This document shows positions 37,746 to 47,664 of a stretch of DNA of 64,000 nucleotides, one piece after another. Made by a program: the position numbers and the translations under genes. The notes below the pieces were generated by a model, which was not told the origin of the DNA, ran no database searches, and was given only the letters and a program-made list of their open reading frames with translations. How positions within the stretch are numbered: position 1 is the first letter of the stretch; each line of letters opens with the position of its first letter. The DNA is from Rhodothermales bacterium. GTDB lineage: Bacteria > Bacteroidota > Rhodothermia > Rhodothermales > JABDKH01. The stretch spans positions 115,233 to 179,232 of the forward strand of contig CAVYIO010000038.1 in assembly GCA_963768565.1 (NCBI GenBank), given 5' to 3'.

Positions 37746-38936
37746 ATGCTCACGGTGGCTGCCGTTGCGGCGGGATGTGGCCGGGGTGATCTCCCGACCG
37801 ATGCCGTTCCAGCGGCGGTGTCTGACTCTGTTGCTGCCCACGACTCCGTAGCCATCGACACGTCGATCGTCGCGCAGATCGTTCCGCCCGCCGCCGTCGC
37901 GGCTGCACAGCCTGTCGTGGTCCCTGCAGTACAACCTGCCGCCTCTCGGGATACCGCGGCGACGGTGTCTGCACGAATTGACTCGCTCCTGCGGCAGGTC
38001 GCAAAACTCGAAGCCTCGGTTCGGACCCTTCAACGAGCACCTTCCACATCGACCTCCCGACGCACGCCCGATACCACAAGTCAGTCGCTCCGGCCCCGTG
38101 AGCAGCTTCGCGAAACGGCTCAGGACGTTTCCAACTTCGGCCTTCGCGCGTTCTGGGCAGTGGTGGTGATCACGGTCGCTTTCTTCCTGATCAAGTTTCT
38201 GGTATGGATTCTTGAGACGTCGGCCGAACGCAGTGCCAAGCGTCGCCTGTTCTTCAAGAAGCTGATTCCTGTTAGCCGGATTCTGGTCTGGTTGCTTGTC
38301 GTTTACTATGTGGTCGCCGGTATTTTCGAAGTGGACCGGGACGGGCTCGTAGCCGCGGGAGCCGCCCTGGGTGTTGCGATCGGCTTTGCGGCCCAGGACG
38401 TACTCAAGAACATCTTCGGCGGAATCCTGATTATCATTGACCAGCCGTTTCAGGTGGGCGACCGTGTCAGCGTCGGGGGAACCTATGGAGAAGTTGTCTC
38501 GATCGGACTGCGGTCTACACGCATCGTCACGCCCGACGACAATCTCGTGTCCGTACCCAACACGCAGGTGGTTGACGGTCAGGTCGCGAACGCAAATGCA
38601 GGAGCCCTCGACTGCCAGGTCGTCACCACTTTGTATCTGCCGGGCTGGGTCGACGTGGGGCGCGCGAAAGAGATCGCGTATGATGCGGCGGCAAACTCGA
38701 AGTTCGTCTTCCTGAAGAAACCGATCGTCGTATTCGTGCAGGATGAATTCAAGGAGACGTTTCTATCCAAGATCATCGTGAAAGCTTATGTGCTTGACGC
38801 TCGCTACGAGGGGGCTTTCGCCAGTGATGTGACGGAGACAGCGAAGTCTCAATATCTGCGGGAAGGTATGTTGACGGAGTTCTACCCTGGGAGTGCGAGA
38901 GACGTCGAGTCCGAAGATGTGGAGGTGAGCGAATGA
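37746..38936 (+). CDS. Mechanosensitive ion channel MscS family (lipoprotein-like N-terminus)
   Basis: FQVGDRVSVGGTYGEVVSIGLRSTRIVTPDDNLVSVPN core. The start is at MLTVAAVAAGCG, with the ORF-track start at 37662. Confidence 0.8.
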   Translation: MLTVAAVAAGCGRGDLPTDAVPAAVSDSVAAHDSVAIDTSIVAQIVPPAAVAAAQPVVVPAVQPAASRDTAATVSARIDSLLRQVAKLEASVRTLQRAPSTSTSRRTPDTTSQSLRPREQLRETAQDVSNFGLRAFWAVVVITVAFFLIKFLVWILETSAERSAKRRLFFKKLIPVSRILVWLLVVYYVVAGIFEVDRDGLVAAGAALGVAIGFAAQDVLKNIFGGILIIIDQPFQVGDRVSVGGTYGEVVSIGLRSTRIVTPDDNLVSVPNTQVVDGQVANANAGALDCQVVTTLYLPGWVDVGRAKEIAYDAAANSKFVFLKKPIVVFVQDEFKETFLSKIIVKAYVLDARYEGAFASDVTETAKSQYLREGMLTEFYPGSARDVESEDVEVSE

Positions 38937-39529
38937 GCGAGACGCTTCCCGGCGGGACAACGGGTTCGCCACCGGCCACATCAGTTGAACATGCCCTCAC
39001 CCCGGAACCGGCCGAGGTCAATCCGTGGTCCGATGCGGAGCAACAGCTGCGGCAACTTGTCGACGATGCTCGAATGCGGGCCGCCGGCAGCCACGCCGAC
39101 TGGAGCGACTCTATTGAAGACCTGTTCAAACAATGGGGCAAGACTCTTGACGATCTCGCGAAGAAGCACGGCGTGCACCTGGACAAGTTGGCCGGCCAAC
39201 GTCCCGATTCCGGCGCTCTTCCGCCCGGCGTACTGGCCGAGTATCGTTCCGCGTTCACGAAGGACATCCTCCAACCGCTTCTCGACGTTTCGTCCCGCAA
39301 CCGGCCGCCGATAGACGTCGCCGTGAGATTTCGCCAGATGGTCGACGCCCTGACGGCACTGCCCGACCGATTCCCCGAGAACACGCGCTTGCTGGAACCA
39401 AAAGAACTCTACGCCAAGCGCACGGAAGATTCTGCGACGGTTCGGATACGCAAGGCCTCGCACAGAATTCTGTTGTCGGGGTCTGATTTCCTTCATGGGT
39501 GCCAGGGTCCTTGTCGACAAGGTGCTTAA
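38933..39529 (+). CDS. Segment A of the frameshifted NTPase locus (charged/coiled-coil). Its start is coupled to the MscS stop
   Basis: ATG overlaps the MscS stop (ATGA), with GGAGGTGA 7 nt upstream. Confidence 0.5.
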   Translation: MSETLPGGTTGSPPATSVEHALTPEPAEVNPWSDAEQQLRQLVDDARMRAAGSHADWSDSIEDLFKQWGKTLDDLAKKHGVHLDKLAGQRPDSGALPPGVLAEYRSAFTKDILQPLLDVSSRNRPPIDVAVRFRQMVDALTALPDRFPENTRLLEPKELYAKRTEDSATVRIRKASHRILLSGSDFLHGCQGPCRQGA

Positions 39530-40253
39530 GCGCGAGGCACGGCGACGACTGCCCACGAGTCGCGTCGTTCCGGCCAGACATCTGGCTATCTATCACTTGC
39601 GACAATCCCTTCCCGACTTGCTCATCGAGGAGCACAGTGCCGCCCAACGTCAGCTTTTCGAACTTGTCGGCACTCTGGAACGACTGATTGGAGCCTGGGC
39701 AAACGGTGTCCTCGTGGTCGAACGAGATGTCGAGCCCGACGCTGAAGCCCGTGGCTCAATGGTGCCGTGGGATGCCGTTCCGTCTCCTCCCCAGCCCGAG
39801 GGCAACACGGTTGCGGAGAACAATGACACCGGCAAATCGGCAGCCTCGCCGGCCACGGAGGATGAGGAGTCAACAAAACAAAAGGACACGCCAGTTCCGC
39901 TGTTCGACCTCCTCCATCAACACGCCACTACCCTTCAGCAAGGGCTCGAGAAGCTGTCTGCGCTCGCGGTACCTCCCGAACCGGCGGAATCAGATCCTGT
40001 CGGCGAAGTGTTTGCCGGCCTTGACATAGACCTCCGCAAGGGCGGCACCGGACTGCTGGCGGCGTCAAAGAGACCTCTGCTTGAGCAGCCACGAGGCACT
40101 GCAGTTGTTAGCCTCGGCGCAGGCAAGGTGGGACGAGTGGCATCGAGAAGTCGATCAGCGCTTCAGGTACTACCTGGGCCTGATGAAACTCCGGGACGAG
40201 CTTGTTGGTCTCGAGCGACGCCTTGTGATTCGGCTGGGACGGGCGACCGTTGA
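39495..40253 (+). CDS. Segment B (coiled-coil; C-terminal ~55 aa junk-like)
   Basis: ATG start. It is protein-like to ~40080 and then low-complexity. Confidence 0.4.
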   Translation: MGARVLVDKVLKREARRRLPTSRVVPARHLAIYHLRQSLPDLLIEEHSAAQRQLFELVGTLERLIGAWANGVLVVERDVEPDAEARGSMVPWDAVPSPPQPEGNTVAENNDTGKSAASPATEDEESTKQKDTPVPLFDLLHQHATTLQQGLEKLSALAVPPEPAESDPVGEVFAGLDIDLRKGGTGLLAASKRPLLEQPRGTAVVSLGAGKVGRVASRSRSALQVLPGPDETPGRACWSRATPCDSAGTGDR

Positions 40254-40617
40254 GCAAGTGCTCATGACGTTTGCAGACATGATGCAACGCTTCGAGGCGG
40301 TTGGGAAAGACGTAGGAGTTCGAGCCGCCGAGGCGCGTAAGGAGAAGAGTCCGCCGCGTCTGCTACAGCACCTCGATAAGTCCGGGAATCAGCTCGTCGA
40401 CTTCCTGCAGGGCATATTCCATCAGCTGCCCGGCCTGGTTTCGTCGGATCAGGCACTCTCAGATCCGGGGCGGAACGAATGGGATCAACTCACGCGTGTT
40501 CGCTGCAAGCCTGCCGGAACGGGTTACCATGCACAGCCTGCAGGGAGAAGATCTGGCCAGAGAGAACCGAAAGCCCATCCAGATCGAGGTGAGATCACTC
40601 GTAATCGACGTTCTTGA
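40081..40617 (+). CDS. Segment C (coiled-coil; C-terminal ~40 aa junk-like)
   Basis: TTG start in the ORF track. It is protein-like from 40081 to ~40495. Confidence 0.4.
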   Translation: MSSHEALQLLASAQARWDEWHREVDQRFRYYLGLMKLRDELVGLERRLVIRLGRATVEQVLMTFADMMQRFEAVGKDVGVRAAEARKEKSPPRLLQHLDKSGNQLVDFLQGIFHQLPGLVSSDQALSDPGRNEWDQLTRVRCKPAGTGYHAQPAGRRSGQREPKAHPDRGEITRNRRS

Positions 40618-42079
40618 GCCCCCGCTCCCGGATCGTTTGCGACGACCCGCGGAGCAATTGCGAGCAGCGGTGCGGCGTGTCTGGACAGAGACGGAGCAGG
40701 TCCAGCATATTGTTCAGTACAACATCGATGCGGCGACGGATGAGTTGAAGGCGCTTCTGGAAGAACAGCGTCGACGTCATACGCACCGGGCCGGGAGAGT
40801 CAGGAGCCTGACGAAAAGCCCGCGCCTCACCGCCGAGGAGACCATCGACGCCTCCGGCAAAATGGTCACTGACGGACTCAGTCGAGCCTCCACAACGCTG
40901 GCACAGCTCGCGACGACTCTGCACCCCGCCTGGACTGACTTCGTGAAAGCAGTCAACGCGGAGTTCCGACAGGACTGGATAGACGTCCACCGACGACTTC
41001 ATACGGCCGACACCGCAGAAGAGCAGTGGGCGGGCTTTCGTTCCCAATTGGAACGTCGCTTTGAAAAGGACCTCGAGCGAGGCACGAGTGCGCTGGCAGA
41101 TAGTAGCGGCATCGGTCGGTCGAATAGCGACCACCAGTCGACGCCGCGTGGTAAACCTGATCAAGATCGGACAGTCGGCGGTCGGCGTTCTGGATTCGGG
41201 CGATACCTCCGGTTCGATACCATCGACGCCCTGTCCGGAGTGAGCACGCTTCAGGAAAGCCTGCCGCTCATCTATCGAAGGCTGTTTTCCTTTGACCCGC
41301 TGGACGAAGTCACCTTGCTCGAAGGTCGGTCTCGAGATCTCGTGTCGGTCAAGCAGCACTTCACACGATGGAAGGACTCGCATCAGTTGGGTGTTCTTCT
41401 GGTACAGGCGCCTCTTGGTAGCGGCCGGACGAGCGCCCTGAATGTGCTTCAAGACACGGTCTTCAAGGATTACGAAGTTGCGCGCATAAGCCTGAAGGAG
41501 CGGATCTATCACCCGGATGAATTCGCGGTCCTGATTGCCACGGGACTGGGCTTCGAGAATTCGAAAATGACACTCGAAGAGCTTGAAGAGGAGCTGATTC
41601 ACTCGAAGCGATCGGAGCCCCCTCACGTGTGCTTCATCGACAACATGGAACACCTCGTATTACGAGCCGCGCAGGGCGTAAACATTATCGAGCGTGTCAT
41701 CCTGTTTCTCTCACGGACTGATCGATCCATGTACTGGCTGTGCACGGTCGGCACGTACACCTGGCAGTTCCTGTCGAAGACCGCGGGCAAGGCGGTCGGT
41801 TTTGTTGATACGTATCATCTGACGCCATTCGACAGGGACATGATGGAGTCACTGATCATCAACCGTCACCGTCGAAGTGGGATGACATTGCAGTTCAGTG
41901 GAGCCCAAGGACGCGTCGGCGCTGATGCGGCAGCGCCTGAAGCGCGCGAAGACACCGGAGCAGTTTCAGAGTCTGCTTCGCGAGGATTTTTTCGACAGAC
42001 TGTGGCGGGCCAGCGGTCAGAACGTGATGCTCGCCCTCTTCTACTGGATTCGAAGTGCCGAATTCAACGAGGAGAATAG
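40496..42079 (+). CDS. Segment D: helical region + AAA_16/STAND-like P-loop NTPase domain
   Basis: Contains the Walker A-like motif GSGRTS and the Walker B motif hhhhDNMEH. The C-terminal ~60 aa are junk-like. Confidence 0.5.
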   Translation: MFAASLPERVTMHSLQGEDLARENRKPIQIEVRSLVIDVLEPPLPDRLRRPAEQLRAAVRRVWTETEQVQHIVQYNIDAATDELKALLEEQRRRHTHRAGRVRSLTKSPRLTAEETIDASGKMVTDGLSRASTTLAQLATTLHPAWTDFVKAVNAEFRQDWIDVHRRLHTADTAEEQWAGFRSQLERRFEKDLERGTSALADSSGIGRSNSDHQSTPRGKPDQDRTVGGRRSGFGRYLRFDTIDALSGVSTLQESLPLIYRRLFSFDPLDEVTLLEGRSRDLVSVKQHFTRWKDSHQLGVLLVQAPLGSGRTSALNVLQDTVFKDYEVARISLKERIYHPDEFAVLIATGLGFENSKMTLEELEEELIHSKRSEPPHVCFIDNMEHLVLRAAQGVNIIERVILFLSRTDRSMYWLCTVGTYTWQFLSKTAGKAVGFVDTYHLTPFDRDMMESLIINRHRRSGMTLQFSGAQGRVGADAAAPEAREDTGAVSESASRGFFRQTVAGQRSERDARPLLLDSKCRIQRGE

Positions 42080-42404
42080 CACGTTGACGGTCAAGTCGCT
42101 CGTTCCACTTCGGTTTGACTATCTGAACGACCTGACCCTGGATCACGCATTCACGTTGAAGGCCTTCTTCCTCCACAAGACGCTGTCCCTGTCCGACCAT
42201 TCCCGGATATTCAATACGAGCGAGGCAGATAGTACGGTCATTCTTGAGTCGTTGCTGAACGGCTACTTCATTCAGGAGGTGCCGTTGGCTGAAAGGACGG
42301 CGAATGGGGACTACCACGTCAAGAAACACGCGATCTACCGGCTGCGACCTCTCATACTGCATCCGGTGACGAGCTTCTTGCAGAGCAAGAACATTATCTA
42401 TTAG
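41898..42404 (+). CDS. Segment E: helical/winged-helix-like C-terminal domain
   Basis: Protein-like over 168 aa. It continues naturally from the segment D NTPase core (…LIINRHRRSG | …LKRAKTPEQFQSLL). Confidence 0.45.
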   Translation: MEPKDASALMRQRLKRAKTPEQFQSLLREDFFDRLWRASGQNVMLALFYWIRSAEFNEENSTLTVKSLVPLRFDYLNDLTLDHAFTLKAFFLHKTLSLSDHSRIFNTSEADSTVILESLLNGYFIQEVPLAERTANGDYHVKKHAIYRLRPLILHPVTSFLQSKNIIY

Positions 42405-42414
42405 CCGCCGCGGC

Positions 42415-42452
42415 CCAAACAAAAAGGGGTGCCGGCAATCGCTGGCACCCCT
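42415..42452 (-). terminator. Rho-independent terminator after rpoD. It also sits 3' of the plus-strand NTPase locus
   Basis: 9-bp stem AGGGGTGCC/GGCACCCCT with a 10-nt loop. It is followed on the minus strand by TTTTTGTTTG. Confidence 0.55.
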
Positions 42453-42476
42453 TCTCGCTACAGCACGTGTTTCGTG

Positions 42477-43316
42477 CTATCCGATATGCATCTGAAGTTC
42501 CTCTCGGCGGTGCTTCTGGCGAAGCTTGCGGAGGGCCTTTTCCTTTATCTGCCGTACGCGCTCTCGCGTAAGTCCAAATCGCTGGCCGATCTCCTCGAGA
42601 GTCAGCGGATGTTCGCGACCAATGCCAAAATAGAGTCTTGTAATTTCCGCTTCCCGTGGATGTAGCAGGCTCAGCGCACGTTCGATGTCAATCTTGAGCG
42701 ACTCGTCCATGAGCGTCTCATCCGGAGCGAGATCGTCATCGTTCGGGAGAACATCGAGGAGACTGTTGTCGTCGTCTTCGTTGAACGGGGCGTCCATCGA
42801 AAGATGTCGCCCGGTGTGCTGCATCGCTTCCCGGACTTTTTCGACGTCGACTTCCAGTTCATCCGCCAGCTCCTCGATATTCGGCTGGCGCTCGTGCACC
42901 TGCGCGAGTCTGGCGCTCGTCTTCCGGATCTTGGAAATAGTACCGATGCGGTTCAGCGGCAGGCGAACGACCCGACTTTGCTCGGCCAGCGCCTGCAGGA
43001 TCGCCTGGCGAATCCACCACACGGCATAGGAGATGAACTTGAATCCACGCGTCTCATCAAATCGCTGGGCAGCCTTGATCAACCCGTAGTTGCCCTCATT
43101 GATCAGATCCGCGAGCGTCAGCCCCTGGCCCTGATATTTCTTGGCGACAGAGACGACAAATCGGAGATTCGCACGCGTGAGCTTGTGCAGGGCCTCCTGG
43201 TCGTTCTGCTTGATGCGGCGCGCCAGATCAACTTCTTCTGCCGGAGTCAAGAGCGGAATTTGCCCGATTTCCTGCAGATACTGGTCCAGCATGCGTTGCT
43301 GGCGGGGGACATACAT
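42477..43316 (-). CDS. rpoD: RNA polymerase primary sigma factor (short Bacteroidetes-type sigma-70, no region 1.1)
   Basis: Regions 2-4 are conserved ([18 protein letters not shown]...VWWIRQAI; region 4 [25 protein letters not shown]). 279 aa. Confidence 0.85.
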   Translation of the reverse strand: MYVPRQQRMLDQYLQEIGQIPLLTPAEEVDLARRIKQNDQEALHKLTRANLRFVVSVAKKYQGQGLTLADLINEGNYGLIKAAQRFDETRGFKFISYAVWWIRQAILQALAEQSRVVRLPLNRIGTISKIRKTSARLAQVHERQPNIEELADELEVDVEKVREAMQHTGRHLSMDAPFNEDDDNSLLDVLPNDDDLAPDETLMDESLKIDIERALSLLHPREAEITRLYFGIGREHPLTLEEIGQRFGLTRERVRQIKEKALRKLRQKHRREELQMHIG

Positions 43317-43485
43317 ATGTCTACAGTCGGTCTAGGATTGTAACGATGTAGCGATATCTAAGACGCTAATTAAGCGGCGGTTCTTCCCGGTGCTGAATTC
43401 TTTTGCGAGAATTTCGTTTGCGCGGCTTCACAGCACGTTCCAGAAACCATCTTGTTCCCGATCTCCCGGCACGTCGAGCCGTGAA

Positions 43486-45042
43486 TCAGGAGCGATCTTC
43501 CAACCTGGCCGCGAACGTAAGAACGCTGTCTGCGATGTGCCGTTCCTCACTCATGCGAAGGACTTTCGACTGCGCACTGACCCGCTCTTTCGTGCCCTTG
43601 AGCCAATTCTCGAAGGTGCCCCGGGGAACAGGGACAATCTGTGGTTCCAGAAACGCGCCCGCCTCGCGCCGTATCTGGTAGTGGCGGTTCACCCGCTGCA
43701 GGTACCGATCGATGGCTCTTGCAAAAGCGGCAGGGTCTTCGGGAAGTTGATCGAATTCGACCAGCCACTGATGCGTCGGCAGGGTCCCTGCGACCACACG
43801 GCTCGGCGCGATATGGTATTCGACAACTCCGGCACGAGTACCCTCGCAGGCCTCCATCAGTGCCGCGCGCGCCTCGTCGCCAAAAACAGCCTCACCATAC
43901 TTGTCGATCATCTCCGTCGTTCGACCGGCGACGACGAGACGGTACGGAGACGTGCTTGTGAATCGAACCACGTCGCCCACGGCGTACGACCACAACCCGC
44001 TACAGGTCGACGCATAGAGCGCGTATCGAACATCTAACTCCACATCGCGGATCGTCAGCCGATCCGGATTGTCTTGCCCCACCTGCTCAACCGGCACGAA
44101 TTCGTAGAACACTCCGTTATTCAGATGCAAGAGCATGTCTGTATCGTTCGGCCGGTCTTGAATCGCGAAGTATCCCTCGGAAGCGCCGTAGCTCTCGACA
44201 AAGTTCACCGGGCCGCCGATCTGTTCGATCAGCAGGTCGCGGTATGAACTGAGCGCCACCCCGCCCGAGAAAAAGACGCGCAAGTTGGGCCACACGTCCA
44301 GCACACATCGAGCCCCGCCGCCATGGATCTGATTGTACCTGGTGATCAGTTTGTCGAAAAGCACGAGACCCCAGGACGGTACCATCGCAAGAATACGGAT
44401 GTCGCGATCCACGGTCCTGTCGACCACAGCATCCAGCTTTCGATCCCAGTTGTCCATAAACAGGATTTCATGCGGCACCGCCTGATAAAGCCTCGCGACC
44501 AATGAGGGAGCGTACTTCGACTGAAGCCCGGACACCTCACCGATCAGAGTACCCGGATGGTCGGGATCCTCTTCGATCCGACCCGGCAAACTTACCATCT
44601 CACCGAACCACATAGACAGGTCGCCACTGTGCGCCAGGTAGTTGAGCGCAACGGCGAGACTGAATCGGCTGTTGCAGTTGATCGCCTCCCGGCTCAATGG
44701 AATAATCTTGCCGGCGGAAACCGTGCCGCTGGAGATCGCAAAATCACGCATGCGGCCCGGCCACATCACGTCTTCCTCACCTGCGCGCACCCGATCGACA
44801 AGTGGTCGAATGTCATCATACTCCTGAAGCGGGACGCGAGCCTGAAAGCTCGTAACCACGTCAGGACTTCCGATCATCCCGTCAAAATCGAACTTCCTGC
44901 CGGCGACGGTATTGGCGGCTCGCTTCACGAGGCTGCGCAGAAGGACCTCCTGCGATGACCACGGATGCGCCGCAGCCTTTCGGAGCGTCCGAAGGGGTCC
45001 CATCGGGACTCGTCCGACGATAGATCCTATCACGCTAGACAT
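43486..45042 (-). CDS. GH3 auxin-responsive-promoter family adenylating enzyme
   Basis: 518 aa with GH3-family layout and acyl-adenylate-forming motifs (SSGTVSAGKIIPLS... YGASEGYFAIQD). Confidence 0.8.
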   Translation of the reverse strand: MSSVIGSIVGRVPMGPLRTLRKAAAHPWSSQEVLLRSLVKRAANTVAGRKFDFDGMIGSPDVVTSFQARVPLQEYDDIRPLVDRVRAGEEDVMWPGRMRDFAISSGTVSAGKIIPLSREAINCNSRFSLAVALNYLAHSGDLSMWFGEMVSLPGRIEEDPDHPGTLIGEVSGLQSKYAPSLVARLYQAVPHEILFMDNWDRKLDAVVDRTVDRDIRILAMVPSWGLVLFDKLITRYNQIHGGGARCVLDVWPNLRVFFSGGVALSSYRDLLIEQIGGPVNFVESYGASEGYFAIQDRPNDTDMLLHLNNGVFYEFVPVEQVGQDNPDRLTIRDVELDVRYALYASTCSGLWSYAVGDVVRFTSTSPYRLVVAGRTTEMIDKYGEAVFGDEARAALMEACEGTRAGVVEYHIAPSRVVAGTLPTHQWLVEFDQLPEDPAAFARAIDRYLQRVNRHYQIRREAGAFLEPQIVPVPRGTFENWLKGTKERVSAQSKVLRMSEERHIADSVLTFAARLEDRS

Positions 45043-45221
45043 AAGGCACGTATCGTTCTCACTCCCGGGATTCCGGCAAGACTCGATCGACTCCCTCCAC
45101 CGAAGGCTCCAGCAAAGACAATCGGCTTCATCTTCATCCGCTCGTGATCACCGCATTAAGCACTGCTGATAAGGTGCGAAACTCCGAGGGAATTTTGAAC
45201 ACGTAGACGTAACTTCCCAAC

Positions 45222-46139
45222 ATGGAAGCAAAAGAAACGGAAACGACGCCCACCTTCGTTGTCCGGTGTCGCGACAGAGTACTCGATTGCACGCCCGGAT
45301 TGTCTTCGGGAGCACTCGTGATGGGCATCCTGAATGTCACTCCCGACTCCTTTTCAGACGGCGGGAAGTTCCTGAGTCCCGATGCCGCCCTGTCCCGGGC
45401 GGAAGAGATGGTCGAGCAAGGTGTCGACATTATCGATGTGGGTGGCGAGTCGTCTCGCCCAACCGGAAAGACATATGGGGAGGGAGCGAGACCCATCACG
45501 CCTCACGAGGAGATGCGACGTGTCGCTCCCGTCATCAAGGGTATCGTCGCTCGCTTTCCATCCGTGCTTGTCTCGGTGGATACCTACAAACCGGACGTGG
45601 CGAAGGCGGCCATGGAGGCCGGGGCCCACATGATCAACGATATCACCGGGTTAAGATACTCGTCGGATATCGCGCAAGTGGCGGCCGATGCGGGTGCAGC
45701 GCTGATCGTCATGCACTCCGTTGGAACGCCCGGGGCGCTTCCTCACGACGCAGAGCACAAGGACGTCATCGATACCGTAACCCGCTCACTGACCGAGTCT
45801 ATGGCCCGTGCAAAGGAAGCCGGGGCCACCGAGATCATTCTGGATCCGGGATTCGGGTTCGGCAAATCGGTGGTTGACAACCTCCGACTGATTCGGAATC
45901 TCAATCGGCTGTCGAGCCTGCATCGTCCACTGCTGCTCGGTATCTCGAGAAAATCAACGATCGCTACCGTTCTGGGTGGCGAAGACAATCCTCCACCCCC
46001 TGAGGAGAGATTGTTCGGGACCCTCGGCGCGACAGTGGTGGCCGTCATGCGAGGCGCCTCTATCATCCGGACGCACGACATCCGACAGACTGTCGAGACG
46101 TTGAAGGTGGTAGCTGCGATCACACACGCCGGGGAATAA
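45222..46139 (+). CDS. folP: Dihydropteroate synthase
   Basis: GILNVTPDSFSDGG pterin-binding signature. Confidence 0.9.
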   Translation: MEAKETETTPTFVVRCRDRVLDCTPGLSSGALVMGILNVTPDSFSDGGKFLSPDAALSRAEEMVEQGVDIIDVGGESSRPTGKTYGEGARPITPHEEMRRVAPVIKGIVARFPSVLVSVDTYKPDVAKAAMEAGAHMINDITGLRYSSDIAQVAADAGAALIVMHSVGTPGALPHDAEHKDVIDTVTRSLTESMARAKEAGATEIILDPGFGFGKSVVDNLRLIRNLNRLSSLHRPLLLGISRKSTIATVLGGEDNPPPPEERLFGTLGATVVAVMRGASIIRTHDIRQTVETLKVVAAITHAGE

Positions 46140-47005
46140 TGGTGCCACCGATTGCCCTGACGATTTTTCAGTGGGTCATCCCGATCAGGCTGATCGACAT
46201 CATCGAGATAGGCATCTTCGCATACGTACTGTACAAGCTGTACAATCTTATGCGGGGCACCATCGCCATCCAGATCTTCCTGGGCGTGCTCGCGCTCTAT
46301 CTGATACAGGTTATCGTCAGCGTCGCTGACATGACGATTCTGAACTCGCTGTTCGGGCTCATTGGGGAGGTCATAGTTCTGGCCGTCATTATTCTGTTCC
46401 AGCCCGAGATTCGACGGCTGCTTTTGTTGCTCGGACAGAACCCGCTGATTCGGAGGCTCGTGACATCGCCGGCTCAGGAGCAAATGGTGAACGAGATTAC
46501 GGATGCCGCGATGGAGATGAGTCGAAGCCGGATCGGCGCATTGATCGTCTTCGAGCGCTCGACGGGCCTCAGGAACTATATCGAAACCGGCACGGTGATT
46601 CACGCACGTGTATCAAAGGATTTACTTATTACCATTTTCTATTCGCAAAATCCGCTTCACGACGGCGCGATCATCATCAGAAAGAAGACCATCGAGGCCG
46701 CGCGCTGCATTCTGCCCGTATCCACGAGTATGCGACTCTCTCCACACCTGGGGCTCCGGCATCGCAGCGCGGTGGGACTGACCGAACAGACTGACGCATT
46801 TGTGCTGGTGGTTTCAGAAGAAACGGGGGCGATCTCGGTGTCCATGCTGGGTAATCTTATCACCGACATCGACGAGCAGAAGCTCCGCGAATACCTTTCA
46901 GACGCGTTGCTGCCCCAGGCGCCTATGACTGCGGATCTGGGACATCCTGAAGTTGAGCCGGCGGCCACGTACGGCAGCCCCCGAACAAGCATCCCCGAGG
47001 CTTGA
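46139..47005 (+). CDS. cdaA: Diadenylate cyclase CdaA (membrane-anchored DAC domain)
   Basis: Three N-terminal TM helices followed by a DAC domain (GALIVFE...PLHDGAIII...RHRSAVGLTE...SEETGAIS). The start codon overlaps the folP stop. Confidence 0.85.
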   Translation: MVPPIALTIFQWVIPIRLIDIIEIGIFAYVLYKLYNLMRGTIAIQIFLGVLALYLIQVIVSVADMTILNSLFGLIGEVIVLAVIILFQPEIRRLLLLLGQNPLIRRLVTSPAQEQMVNEITDAAMEMSRSRIGALIVFERSTGLRNYIETGTVIHARVSKDLLITIFYSQNPLHDGAIIIRKKTIEAARCILPVSTSMRLSPHLGLRHRSAVGLTEQTDAFVLVVSEETGAISVSMLGNLITDIDEQKLREYLSDALLPQAPMTADLGHPEVEPAATYGSPRTSIPEA

Positions 47006-47664
47006 TGTCATCCGAGGACTGGAAGTACCGCCGGCGCCGGACGAGACTGGTTGAGTCCCTGCGAGACAAGGGTATCTCGGATCTCAACGTGCTTCGCGCT
47101 ATCGAAACGGTGCCCCGACATCTTTTCGTCGATGCTGCTTTGCGTCCGCGGGCTTATGAGGATGAGGCTTTGCCGATCGGATATGGCCAGACGATCTCTC
47201 AGCCATTCACGGTGGCCTACCAGACGGCGATGCTGGCCGTCGGCCGCGGGGATCGGGTGCTGGAAATTGGAACAGGCAGCGGATACCAGGCGGCCATACT
47301 GTGTGAGCTGGGAGCCGTGATGTACTCCGTTGAACGGATACGGGCTCTGTATGAACGCACCCGCCAGCTCCTCAACGATCTTAACTACCGCGTGACGGCC
47401 AAGTGCGACGATGGAACGATGGGCTGGGCAGCCTTTGCACCCTACGACGCGATAATCGTCACCGCCGGAGCTACCGAGATACCGGATCCCCTGATCAAAC
47501 AGCTCCGCACTCCAGACTCCGAATACAGTGGTGGACGTCTTGTGATTCCGGTGGGTGGATCGGACGGGCAGACAATGTACCGCCTTACCAGAACGGGGCC
47601 GGAGACGATCGAAGAAGAGCAATCTCACGACTTCCGCTTCGTGCCGCTCATAGGTGATCGCTAG
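47002..47664 (+). CDS. pcm: Protein-L-isoaspartate O-methyltransferase
   Basis: GYGQTISQPFTVA and VLEIGTGSGYQAA. Confidence 0.9.
   Translation: MMSSEDWKYRRRRTRLVESLRDKGISDLNVLRAIETVPRHLFVDAALRPRAYEDEALPIGYGQTISQPFTVAYQTAMLAVGRGDRVLEIGTGSGYQAAILCELGAVMYSVERIRALYERTRQLLNDLNYRVTAKCDDGTMGWAAFAPYDAIIVTAGATEIPDPLIKQLRTPDSEYSGGRLVIPVGGSDGQTMYRLTRTGPETIEEEQSHDFRFVPLIGDR

Larger units (their letters stand above)
38933..42404 (+). pseudogene. Coiled-coil + STAND/AAA_16-like NTPase + winged-helix protein (~1150 aa) broken into five successive +1-frame ORFs. It is either a frameshifted gene (pseudogene or assembly artefact) or five overlapping genes
   Basis: Frames run 2>0>1>2>0. Each upstream ORF ends in a 40-60-aa R/S/P-rich tail while the next frame is already protein-like, and the overlaps are 35, 173, 122 and 182 nt. 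The NTPase motifs are LEGRSRDL...LLVQAPLGSGRTSAL (Walker A with R in place of K) and CFIDNMEHL (Walker B). Confidence 0.45.

Noticed and set aside
40595-41653. 352-aa ORF antisense to NTPase segment D
   Set aside because: It has no motifs, and the sense-strand frame carries Walker A/B-like motifs.
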